Source of the DNA: Raja brachyura
Lineage: Eukaryota
Direction of reading: 5' to 3'
NCBI GenBank assembly: GCA_963514005.1
Contig: OY740789.1
Span: 24,676,001 to 24,740,000 of the forward strand
Length of the DNA: 64,000 bases
In this document: positions 25,620 to 38,020 of the stretch, in pieces
How the letters are laid out: every line of letters begins with the position of its first letter
Numbering within the stretch: the first letter of the stretch is position 1
The notes under the pieces: model-generated
Told to the model about the DNA's origin: nothing
The model's input: only the letters and a program-made list of their open reading frames with translations
The model's database searches: none
Position numbers and translations under genes: made by a program

Positions 25620-27375
25620 AAAGGTTAAGCGGGTGTTGGACAGAGTTGTGTAATTCATTGTATTTGTCCACGGTGGTTATGTGAGATTTCAATAGGTAGA
25701 CTGGGAAAATCAGGTTGGTACGGGACCCCAATAAAGGGTATTTGTAGAGTGTCTCCAAGATGGAGCAGCTTGTACTATAGCCTACCAGGGAGAAGGCAAT
25801 TCTGGATTTAGTGTTGTGCAATGAACATTTGAGAAGGGAATTCAAGGTAAAGGAACCATTAGGAGGCCGTGACCCTAATATGATGTTTTAATCTGCAATT
25901 TGTGAGGGAGAAGGTAAAATCAGAAGTGTCGGTATTGCAGTTAAACAAAGGGGACTATGGAGGCATGAAGGAGGAGCTGGCCAAAGTTGATGGAGAAGAT
26001 GCAGGATCATTTCATTCCAAAAACGAAGAAAGATTCTAAGGGGAGTAAGAGGTGACCGTGGCTGACATGGGAAGTCAAGGACAGTATATAAAACTAAAAG
26101 AGAAGACGTATGACATAGCAAAGATAGTGGGAAGCCAGAGGGTTTGGGGAACTTTTAAAGAATAACACAAGATAACTAAAAAGGCAACATGGGGAGAAAA
26201 GATGAAGTACAAAGGTAAGCTAGCCAAGAATATAAAGGAGGATATTAAAAGCTTCTTTCGGCATGTGAAGAGGAAAAGATTAGTTAAGACAAATGTGGGT
26301 CCCTTGAAGACAGAAACAGGTGAATTTATTATGGGGAACAAGGAAATGGCAGACGAGTTGAACAGTTATTTTGGTTCTGTCTTCACTAAGGAGGGCACAA
26401 ACAATCCAGAAGTATAAGGGGACAGTGGATCTTGCGTGACCGAGGAACTGAAGGAAATTCACATTAGTCAGGAAATGGTGTTGGGTAGACTGATGGGACT
26501 GAAGGCTGATAAATCCCCAGGACCTGATGGTCTGCATCCCAAGTGGCTCTAGAAATCATGGATGCATTGGTGATCATTTTCCTAATGTTATCCCATTTTT
26601 AAGAAAGGAGGGAGAGAAAAAACAGGGAATTATAGACCAGAGCCTAACATCGGTGGTGGGGAAGATGCTAGAGTCAATGATTAAAGATGTAATTGCAGCG
26701 TATTTGGATAGCAGTAACAGGATCGGTCCGAGTCAGCATGGGTTTATTAGGGGAAATCTTGCTAAACTAATTTTCTGGATTTTTTTGAGCATGTAACAAG
26801 TAAAATGGATAAGGGAGAGCCAGTGGATGTCGTGTGTCTGGACTTTCAGAAAGCCTTTGATAAGGTCCCACACAGGAGATTAGTGAGCAAAATTAGAGCA
26901 CATGGTATTGGGGGTAGGGTATTGACATGGATAGAAAATTAGTTGCAGACAGGAAACAGAGTAGGAATTAACGGGTCCCTTTCAGAATGGCAGGCAGTGA
27001 CTAGTGGAGTGCCGCAAGGCTCGGTGCTGGTACCACAGCTATTTACAATATATATTATTGTTTAGATAAAAGAATTAAAAGTACCATTAGCAAATTTGCA
27101 GATGACACAAAGCTGGTTGGCAGTGTGAAGAGGGTGCTATGAGGATGCAGGATGACTTGGACAGGTTGGGTGAGTGGACAAATGCATGGCAGATGCAGTA
27201 TAATGTGGATAAATGTGAGGTTACCCACTTTGGTAGCAAAAACAGGAAGGCAGATTATTATCTGAATGGTGTCAGATTAGGAAAAGGGGAAGTGCAACGA
27301 GACTGAAAGTGAGCATGCAGGCAGTAAAGAAAGCTAATGGCATGTTGGCCTTCATAACAAGAGGATTTGAGTATA
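25620..27375 (+). mobile_element. CR1 ORF2 long fragment
   Basis: KSFFRHVKRKR..KTNVGPL, KSPGPDG, LTSVVGKMLES, DFQKAFDKVPH, FADDTKL. Confidence 0.92.
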
Positions 27376-27634
27376 TGTCCTCATGTTCTGACCTCTTCTC
27401 ATGTTCTGGTTGTGAGAGAGATTAGAGTTCCAGCAAGGAACAGAGACATCAGTTGGATCCTGCCTCTGGTGGAAATAGCCCTGCACTATCAGGGAAAAGT
27501 TAATGAATCTGATGAAAAGTATTCATTCAGTCATGCCTTGAAACAATTAATTTGATGGAACAATGGTCATGGTTTCAGTGTCATTATTAGTTATCAACAT
27601 GAAAATTTCATAAGGATTCTGTTTTTTTTTAACC

Positions 27635-27912
27635 CTGTGCTTGACTGGCACTCCACTCCACACTGGACCACTTGGACAATAAAAACACTTATGTCAGGCT
27701 GTTGTTTATAGACTACAGCTCGGCGTTCAATACCATCATTTCCTCCAGGCTGGTTACCAATTTCATGGAACTGGGTCTCTGCGCATCCCGCTGCAATTGG
27801 ATCCTCGACTTCCTCATCCACAGGCCACAGTCTGTTCAAATTGGCAGAAACACTTCATCCTCAGTAACAATCAATACAGAAGCACCTCAAGGCTGCGTGC
27901 TCTACTCACTGA
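27635..27912 (+). mobile_element. Rex1/Babar RT fragment
   Basis: [17 protein letters not shown]...[13 protein letters not shown]...APQGCVL. Confidence 0.85.
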
Positions 27913-28024
27913 TAGGACAAAAGCACAGATGGCTTGAGCAGCTTGGCATTTATCCTGTTCATTAAATCGAGCTATTTCCAAGACGTCACTTAAGTTAGAA
28001 ATATCAGCAGATTAAAAAGAGGCT

Positions 28025-30295
28025 TTTGGTGGCGTTATGGAGGGCTAGAGACCAGCGCCAGCTAGCTCCATGCAAAATCCACTGAAAATGGGGAAAAGAA
28101 CGGGACTTACATGCTGTTATCGGACCGGCTGCCTGCAACGCGCGAGTGACCTCATCAGGCACGCAACTCCGGTGGTATGTCTATGCAACATCCCCCCCCC
28201 CAGGCGATGAATCGGCCCATTAAGCCTATGCAAGCGCCGGAAGAAGTAGGCCCGACTGAAGCCTCGGGCTCAGGTACAATGTCGTTCCAAGAAGATGTAT
28301 CAAGGAAACCAAAGTCCTAAAAATCTGAGATAGAAAATTCCGAAGATCTTCTATAAATTAAAAATATAAAGGAACAATTGAAGAATTTCAATGAAAAGCT
28401 GAATTTTAAAGAAGAACTTCAAACTTTTAAAGAAGAATTTAAGGAGGAAATGAAAGAAGAAATCAATATCACTCTTCTTGAAATATTGGATACATGGAAG
28501 AACGAAACGGAAGAAAGGCTGGCTCAACAGCTTCAATGATAGGTTGGATCCCATTGATAAGACATTGGACCAACAAAATATAGCAATAACTCATTTAGAG
28601 GAGATTGCTGCAAATAGTGCCGAAGCTACAAAACAACATCAAAGAAAATCAACGTGTATCAGACTTACTGAGTAAAATAACTGAAAAATATACTGACCTG
28701 GAAGGATGTCAGAGGTGTCAGAATTTAAGAATCATCAGCATCCAAGAAGGAAAAGAGGAGAACCGAGACCCCCGCGAATTCGCTGCAGACTTATTGCAAA
28801 AAGTCTTAAATGTGGATCAAAAACCTCTACTAGGTCGTGCACATAGAGTGCAGAGACGTCCCACCAAGACAAATGATAGTGAAGGTGTAATACGACCATG
28901 TACTGGATGATGTGATGAAGAAAATTGTTCGTACCAGGAATCTCACATATGAAGGAGACAAGATCAGCATTTATAGAGATTATCCTGTGGAGGTCTCCAG
29001 GAAGGGAGCACTGTTTACAGAGACAAGAAGAATACTCAAGGATGTACCAGGTCTGATGATCAGCCATGATCATATTGAATGGCGGTGCTGGCTCAAAGGG
29101 CCGAATGGCCTACTCCTGCACCTATTTTCTATGTTTCTATGAATACTTTGGAACTTAAAATGTTTTCCTCCTCCCCTGGAAAATGTTGTTATTGAAATTT
29201 CATCTTAAAGAGAGCATGGAGCTAGTAAAGTTTTTTTATTTTTCAAAGGCTACGGAAGTGTGTAGATGGCTAGCCACGTTAGTCTGGCTATCACTAACTG
29301 CACTAATTATAGATGTAGTTTTTCCATTCTTTTTGCACTTTACTAACCAACTACCCTATTATTCTTTCTATATAATATCCTATTATAATTTTAAGTTTGA
29401 ATGGAATTATAAGTTTTCACAAATGAGATATGTATGGGAGAAAGGTCTACGAGATTTACAATTAATCTATATGATGTTCGAGTGTAATGTCGGGCTTGTT
29501 GCACTGAGCCATCTGCTCTCTTATAAACCACCCTAACCAAAAGATGCAAGATTTGAATATGAAGATTGGGGATGAGGGAATTACATTTTGCAACTGAAAT
29601 GTTAAGGGAATTCATGAACCAATCAAGAGAGGTAAAGTATTAGCACATTTAAAATCACTTAAAACAGATATAATATTCCTTCAGGAAATTCACCTTAAAA
29701 AGGAAGCACAGCATAGATTGAAAGGAAAATGGATTGCTAAAACGTATCCCTCCTCATTTTCGCACAAATCCAGAGGTGGTGCAATACTAATCCGCAAAGG
29801 GATACATTTTAAACATACATCAACTATAACGGACAATTATGATAGATATATTGTATTTATTAGGTGAGTTACATGCAAAAAAAGTGATTCTTATTAATGT
29901 TTATGGACCAAACTTTAATGGTCCCTTGTTTTTCAAGAAAATATTTAATATAATTCCGGAACTTACATAACACAATTTAATAATTGGAGGAGACTTAAAT
30001 TGTACACTAGACCCCTATTTAGACAGATCATCAAGACAACAAAAAAGAAAATTTCAGTCAAGTGAATTATTAAATGCATATATAGATACTACTAATATTA
30101 AGGACGTCTGGAGAATTGAAAACCCAACCGGACGAGAATATTCATTTTACTCATCGGTACATAAAACGTATTCAAGAATAGATTATTTTTTAGTAGACTC
30201 CAAGCTCATCCCATTTACCTACAATTCAAAATATCATAACATTATAATCTTGGACCAAGCACCTTTAACATTATGATCAAACTAAATGGAAGGAC
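28025..30295 (+). mobile_element. L1-clade LINE 5' half (5'UTR, ORF1, ORF2 APE endonuclease), decayed
   Basis: ORF1 motifs DLEG.QR.QNLRI.SI.EG.E, RAHR, ISIYRDYP; ORF2 start NVKGIHEPIKRGKV..HLK...DIIFLQE.HL, GGDLN, YSRIDYF. Confidence 0.88.
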
Positions 30296-30824
30296 CGAGA
30301 ATATTCATTCTGTACATTGAGTAGAAAAGTGTACTCTGTTGCAAAGTGAGCAATACAGCAGTGTGCAAACATTGTACGACTGCTCAGTGACACAGTTCCA
30401 GTTAGAATTTTTATGGTGAGAGAAAATTTTTGAACAGTATTGCTCATTGTGAGTCATAGCCTTTACTGTAGCAAGCTGACGTGTCTAAGCCACGTGTAAA
30501 TAAAACTTACTGATATGTTTGAACGTTGTTTAAGGTCTTTCTCACATGTTGTAAAATACTGAAGAAAAATCTGCCCCCACATCTTTCCCATGGCCCGATA
30601 CTCATGGGCAGATTCAGATGTGTTGTTTATGGAACCTGGCTTTTTCCAGATTCGAATCAGGCCAAATGTCATCTGGTTTTGGAACCTTCCATGAAATGTG
30701 AACAATGCTACATGCCTTCCAGACCCCGTCATTATTTCTGCAACTGATTTTCACCCACCTCTGAGCAACAACTAAATAAGCAAGATCTTATAAGTTGATC
30801 TGTCCATTTATTTCAACTTTCTAT

Positions 30825-31290
30825 GTATGAGCATAGAACAATACAGCACAGAAATGAACCCTTCAGCCCACGATGTCTGTGCTGACATAATGCCTAGACT
30901 AACTCTTAACTGCTTGCACATAATCCATATCCTTCCATGCCATGCACATCCACCGTCTGGTTCTGACCATCTACCCTATCGATTCCACAAAAAATGTTAT
31001 ATGCTTCTATCAGGTTTCTCTTCAACCTCCAGAAAAATGAATCCATCTGTTCAGTCTCTCCCTACAGTTAATACCTCCTAATCCAAGTATCATTCGGGTA
31101 ATACTCCACTACACCGTTTCCAAAGCGTCCACATCCTGTAAATGGGCAACCAGAACTACATGCAACACTCCAAACATAGCCGAACCAAAGTCCTGCAAAG
31201 CTCCATCATTACTTCTTGACTCTTATACACAATGGCCTAAACAATGTATACAAGATACCATATGCATTCTTTACCACTTTGTTGACTTGA
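30825..31290 (-). mobile_element. CR1 fragments, degenerate
   Basis: catagaacaatacagcacagaaa tail; antisense EY..EV.MEL..TLV...LE. Confidence 0.7.
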
Positions 31291-32366
31291 ATTGAACAAT
31301 TTCAAATGTCAGTGTTTAGGATCAGGGCTACATTTTTAGCACATGAGAGCAGGGCCGGCCTTAGGAAGTGCCGGGCCCAATTGGGAACAATTTTGGTGAG
31401 GCCCAGGTTCCTAGCCATGGTCTGTAGAATCATAGAAATACAAATAAAGTATATTTTAGACTTTATACCTCTATGGTAGAATGGAAAGTAATCACAATGT
31501 GCGCTTAAAAAGTGCCTACGGACCAAACAGATCTGAGCTACATTTTAATATAAAATTGCATACATGTAAGCCTACAAGTAACAAACAAAATGTGTGGATC
31601 ACCTCTGAAAAGTGCATAGTTACAATACCACTTGTTTTAGTGACTGTGGAATGAAAACAAAAATGTAATTAACTAGAGCCTGGAAAACCAATAACTATTG
31701 GGGAAAAACCAGTCCAGGCATTACATTTTGGGCTTCAGCTCCATCCTACCCTTTGGGCTTCTACCCCATCTAAACCTAGTTGTGTGTGTGTGTCTCTTAG
31801 TTGTATGTGTCACTGTCAGTTGTCTGTGCATTATGTGTGTGTGGGAGGGAAGGAGAGGAGAGAGGGAGGGAGAGAAGGGAGGGAGGGAAGTAGAGAAAGA
31901 AGGGAGGGAGGGAAGGCGAGAAGGGGAAAGAGAGAGGAAGGATGGAGGGAAGGAGAGAAGGGAGGGTGGGAGTGGGCCGGCAGCAGAAGCGGATGCGGGA
32001 GTCCGGGCGGACGGGTGTGAGCTGAGGCCGAGGTTTGTAAACATTGCTCCAACCCCCGGCCCAGCCCTCAATGTATTGTTCACTGCGTCTTCCCGGGGAG
32101 AGAGGGGAGGGGGAGCCGGGACTGTGTGCGTGAAGCACGGCAACTGGAGGGACGGGAGCGCTGCCCCGGGACCTTGTGGGCACCTCACCCTTCACCATTC
32201 CCCCTCCCCGTCTACCCCTTTCTTCCTCTTCTGCTCTCTTTCCCCCCTCCACCCAGGGTAGATCTACCCGAGCCGAGAGCAGATTACTCCAAAGCAAAGC
32301 TGAGAGATTAAAGGATAGACAAAAATGCAGCGGGTCGGGCGGCATTTCTAGACAAAAGGAATAGGT

Positions 32367-32394
32367 GACATTTCGGGTCGAGACCCGTCTTCAG
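32367..32394 (-). ncRNA. Minimal hammerhead ribozyme core (Penelope type)
   Basis: Minus strand CTGAAGA-cgggtctcgaccc-GAAA-TG-TC with perfect stem II. Confidence 0.55.
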
Positions 32395-33286
32395 ACTGAG
32401 TCAGGGGAAAGAGGAATTCAAACCGTCCCCCCTCCCCCCCCCCCTTCCCCCCCTTCCCCCTCCGACACCGGCACGGAGCGATCGCCAGCCCCACTTTTTT
32501 TTGGTAAACATCTATTTCCTTCACGTTTTTTAAAACATTTCCCCCTTACCATTTCCATAATTTTTCGATAGCTGCCATGACCCGTTTGATGTCATCCTGC
32601 GCCCTGCTCCTCATAGCTGCTCCTGGTCTCGGCCCGCACCGATCTGCTGTGTGTTTGTGAGTGTGTTTGTTTGGCGGAGTCTGAGGGGAGAAGCGCCGGC
32701 ATCAAGATCGAGCGAACGCACGGACAGATGGACGAAAGCAACGATCATAGAGCGGAATAGGTGACCAAAGATCTTTGTAGGTGACATTTTGGGTCGAGAC
32801 CCTTCTTCAGACTGAGTCAGGGGAAAGAGGAGCAAGAGATATAGAGGGTACTAAGGACAAACGAATGGAAGATATGCCTATATCTCCCGTTTCCCTTTCC
32901 CTTGACTGTCAGACTCAAGAAGGGTCTCGACCAGAAATGTCCACCTATGCCGCTCTATGATCGTTGCTTTAGTCCGTCTCTCCGCGCATTCACTCGCTCT
33001 TGGTGCCGGCGCTTCTCCCCTCATGGCAGCTATCGAAAAAGTCGACCCGAAATATTACCTAGTCCTCTCCAGAGATGCTGCCTGATCCGTTGATTTGCTC
33101 CAGCCTTTTGTGTCTGTCTTCTGTTTAAACCAGCATCTGCAGTTCCTCCCTGTACAAGGAATGTGCCGTTTAAAAAGAAAATTAAATTTAAAAAAAAAAC
33201 ATTTAAAAACACATAGACTGTTCCCACACTACGCTGCGAGAGGCATAACTGAAGTCGGGTCCGGGTTACTGAAATGGTGGAAGTTA

Positions 33287-33762
33287 AGGGCCTGTCCCAC
33301 CAGCATGCAAATCTATGCGATGAGCGCGACCTAACGTGGTTGCTTGAGCCGTCCGGCGTCGCGTGGCCGGTCCCACTTCGATCGCCGGAGCCGTGCGGAA
33401 TTGTGTGGAGTTCGTCCCGACATTGCGCGGGGCTCCGAAAAACTGACTATGTTCAAAAATTCCGCGCGGCAACGGCTTGTCGGCTCGCAGTCACCTCGAC
33501 GCATTACACACCGCCTCGACGTCGAGCCTCCGTGACCCTCTCTGTTGGTGCCTCCATGACCCTCTGTGTGTGTGGCTCCGTGGCCCTCTCTGTGTGTGCC
33601 TCTGTGCGCCCCTCTCTGTCCTGGCGAACGTACCTTTAGACTTCGCTCCAAGTTCGCCTCACTTTTCGCCGTGTTGCGCCACTCACCCGACTTCCGCGTG
33701 GCCCCTGCTGCCGGTTTGGTCGCACTTGCCGCATGCAGGCGCTTGCTGGTGGGAACGGCCCT
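33287..33762. mobile_element. PIF/Harbinger-like MITE nested in the hAT element
   Basis: tta|agggcctgtcccaccagca ... tgctggtgggaacggccct|gta. Confidence 0.7.
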
Positions 33763-34282
33763 GTACAGGGATCACCCGACCTCCGCGCGGCCCCCGCTTC
33801 TAGTTTGATCGCGCTCGTCGCATGGAGTCGAATGCTGGTAGAACAGGCCCTTTACTACCCGTCAGTCCATTGTATTTCGCAGGAGTGGACCATCTTGCAC
33901 TCTATAAGATCTTTGCTCCAATTGATCCTAGAGCGGAGCTCTCGGATCTTTTGATTACTCTAGCGCGGGGCTCCCTTAGCTGCGGGGCCCCAATTGGGAG
34001 CAATCGGTCCAATCGGCTTAAGGCCGGCCCTGCATGAGAGGACCGTTCAGTAGTTCACCAGTGGAATATCATCCATCATTATACCACTGGTTCCCAATGT
34101 GGATACTGCATCAGAATTACAAGAGTGATCCATCACCAGCAATGCCCTATCCTGATCAGTACATTTGACATAGAAATAGATGTAGGCACAATTTACTCTG
34201 GGTTAAATCAATTATTAATTGCATAGATATCAGCGCAATGTGATCAAATTCCTAAGAAAGAGTGGTAACTGCCAATGTTATG

Positions 34283-35315
34283 TAGCAATGTTACAAAATT
34301 TTGAGATTTAAAAAATCAAGTCTGCAATTTATCCCATCAGATAAAGCATAAAAAGAAGTTTAATTTGACACCTAATTTACTTTCATATCTTCAGTATTAA
34401 GAAAGTTATGGCCATTTCCATACTCGGAAATTAGCATCTTGCTCCCCATTGCCTTTCAATTGACTTAACTCAAAAGCTGTGATCTGGAAAAGTTAAAAGT
34501 CCATAACTTTCTTAAAAATTAAGAGAACTCAATGAAATTTTCAGTTATTATAGATTGAAGCATTCTGAAACAAATATGAAACAATCTTACTTGGATGACC
34601 TGAAATTAAAGCATATAATTAGTTAGTTATCTAATTGTAGCTAATTACAAAATTCAATGAGTAGATCTAAACATCTATCCATTTCTTAAGAAAAGATAAA
34701 CTTTTTTTTAATTGCCTAAGTATCCAAATAACATTCACACAATAATCCACAATATAACATAATTTTTAAATCTCATTTTCATGAATTTCTGGGCCAAATG
34801 GAAGGAATTTAGTGTTTTATGCCTGTAAATTAATGGCCATTTAAATCAACTAGCGAGTGGGTTTTAGTGGAATACGGTGGATTGGAATGTTGCGGTTAGC
34901 GGTGAAGTCGGGGGGGAAAATACTGTTTGTTCATACATTTTTGGGGAGCCCATTTGCGACATAAAAATATTATTAAAGCCTCCCGAAAAACCAACTTTTA
35001 ATATAAAAATAAACTATTTACCTTTTCTTCTCCCCTACGCTAAATCCTTCCGGTTGTCGGTGCTCACGGCTTTTGAAGGTGATTTTTAAATTACTCTAGT
35101 TAATAAATAACTTAGAGTAATTTAAAAATACCTTCATTGATGAAATGTCGGAGCGATTTTTCTTCCGCAACCAAATCGCCCGACATTCATCGATTTGTCC
35201 TGCCTGTTGAAAAACGGCACTTTAAGCCCGCCCCCCTCTGAAAGGCGCCAAAGTCGCGCACACGGGGAGCGGCAGAAGTGCAGCGCTGCGCAAGGTAAGT
35301 TTTGCAACATATCTA
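34283..35315 (+). mobile_element. Non-autonomous DNA transposon, copy 2 (7-bp TSD tgttatg)
   Basis: TSD 34276-34282 and 35316-35322; TAG...CTA termini. Confidence 0.9.
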
Positions 35316-37716
35316 TGTTATGTCAGTCAATGAAGTGGCAAAGTGGAGAGTCTGGGGCTCACAGTAATCAGTCCAACATACACACTTTAGGCAGAGTCTG
35401 GTGAAAAAGGAGAGAGGCAAAATATTACAACAACTTTCTCCAATAGAAGCAATGTAATTTCTCCAGAAATTTTATGTATGGAAAATAATTACATAAATTA
35501 TATGTATAGAGTTAATCGTAGTAATTTATAGCTCATACGGTCTCATTGATAACTCACTCTGACGGTTATACCACTGTCATTTTAAGCAGCTATTCTGTGG
35601 TGAAAAGAAACATCCAGGTCTTTACTGGAAACAACTGTTAATAATTTCCATCTACACCAATTCCTTTGACATTGCTCAGCAGCTTAGTAACAGATTGTTA
35701 GAAAACTCCAAAGCAGGGAAAGTAACTTTGCCTTTAAGGGTTAATTCCTCCAGGGACTTGCCAGATATGTGGATGAACTGTTCTTTTCCTACCATAATTG
35801 GCTCACCAATCCAATCCAAAAAGAGAACCAGGACTTGACACGAGTTTGCAGAAGGCTTTCAACCCTGCTACATCACCTATTCCTTTTCTCCAGGGATGCT
35901 GCTGGACCCGTTGAGTCACTCCAGCACTTTGTGTCTATCACGGGACATGTCATGGTCCATATTAGGCTTCCCTTCATCCACAAATTCAATACCCCCAATT
36001 CATAGCCAGAGGTAAAACTGAACCACAAGATAAACCAACATGATTCAGTCTCAGTTTCCATTCATAAGTTATGGTCTCAATTTTAAACCAAGCAGTTGGG
36101 GGACATCTTGTCACTTGCAGTTACCAAAGGTCACTTGAATAGTTCTTATTGCCACATGCAGCTGGAGACGGGGAAATTCTTGTTTTGCATAAAATCCAGT
36201 AAAATCATACTATACATAAGCACAATCATACACAAGTACAAGAGTTCAACGACTGTTGTGTACAAATAGATTGCCTCTGAGGCTGTTCACAATGAGTTGC
36301 CACATCTGGTGCCACCTTGCACCTCAAGTATCAAGGTCTTAAAAGTATTGAGTCTTATCTTGACCTTAGAGGCAGCACTGGCTCGGTGATGTTGGGGTTG
36401 GCGTGGACTGGTGATGCTATTAGTGTCCTCCAGTGCCACTCCGTGCTACTGCAAGCCACATCCAATCTGCCTGCCCGTCCGACTTCTATGTCAGAAGCGC
36501 CTAATCCACGCAATCCCCCAGTTGCTGTAGGGCCTCCAACACTGCAACGTGCAAACATGCCATCCTCTGGCCTCCCACAGCCAGCGCTGCTGTGTGCTTC
36601 CCATAATTGATCACGGAACCCCCAGAGCGCTTCCAAGGGAATTGGAAACAAGCTCACACACATTGATCTTCTGTTCCGTCCACCACCATCGTGGCCAACA
36701 TAATTGATGAAGCACTTTCTATGGCAGCTACACTATGTCTTAAACTTTAGCACATAATTTCTTCCACACAAGCTTCTCGAACTCTGGCTTCCTTTTAAAG
36801 GCACACTTGTAAACAAATTCCTCTCATAATCAACTAAACATAATCTCTACTACTATATACTAGGAACATCAATTCTCTCTTTTGACCCTGTTAAGTATTT
36901 TCAGCATCAATATTCATTACTATGAATACACACTAATATCAATGCCAATACCATGTTCAGCACAATACAGCACAGAATTTTTAAAGTGGATGCATGAAAA
37001 TATAATGAAACATTAAACTTATTGACAGAAAGATTTGGCTTCATGCTATACGAGGGAGGGTAGAAGAGGCATCTCAGTGGAATAACCATGCAAGAGTGAT
37101 GTTCAAAAATGTGTCTCCAAGTAACCTCAGATGACTCACATGGGTTTACATCAGGTCAGAGTCCCAATGTGCTTCCCCAGCTGTGGAAGTGCATTGCCAA
37201 AAACATGAATAACATATTTTGAGATGAATAAAATGGTCTCAACAATTTAAGGCAAGTCCGAACTACCAAAGAGTAATTTCTCTGCAATCTCAAAAGACAA
37301 AGTAAATATTTGCTTTTTTCATTTCCATTCTGTCATGGATTGTTAAACCGCTCTCATTGGCTCCCATATCTGGCACAACCCAGTATTGACTCGAGATTAA
37401 GCAAATATGGAGGTGGTTTAGATTTACATGGCTTTTCTGGTAACCTGGCTGTGAGCCCAACTAACAGACATTACATCAGTGAACTTTCATGCCAGCTAGC
37501 AGCAGAAGTGTTATTAATTTGGAACTTATCTTTCTCCAAATCTGATTTTGATGTGGCATAAGACCCTATTATTATTATTATTATTATGATGAGGCCTCAG
37601 CTCTTGCTTCAGACCCCAAAAACACACCATTTAGATAAAGTGCTTTTTCATTTTTTCCCCACCATAAAATGGATGATTTCACATTTCCCCATTTACAAGA
37701 TCTTCTGCAATTCACT

Positions 37717-38020
37717 TTTAGTTTAGTTTAGAGATACAGCACGGAAACAGGCCCTTCGCCCCACTGAGTCCGTGCTGACCAGCGATCGCCGTACATTAGC
37801 ACAAGAACTGCACACTAGGGACAATTCAAAATCTTTACTAAAGCTAATTAACCTACAAACCTGTACGCCTTTGGAGTGCGGAAGGAAACTAGAGCACCTG
37901 GGAAAACTCACTCAGTCACTGAGAGAATGTTCAAACTCCATACAGACAACATTCATGGTCAGGATCAAACCAGGGTCTCTGGCACTGTAAGGCAGCAACT
38001 TTACCGCTGCACCACCAATG
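37717..38020 (-). mobile_element. HE1-like SINE
   Basis: (TTTAG)n tail at left; antisense tRNA head at right. Confidence 0.85.

Larger units (their letters stand above)
31350..34032. mobile_element. Composite non-autonomous hAT element
   Basis: 14-bp TIR cagggccggcctta / taaggccggccctg; perfect 8-bp TSD catgagag (31342-31349, 34033-34040). Confidence 0.9.

Noticed and set aside
31698-32345. Overlapping 150-190 aa ORFs on both strands
   Set aside because: Products of GA/CT low-complexity and GC-rich transposon interior
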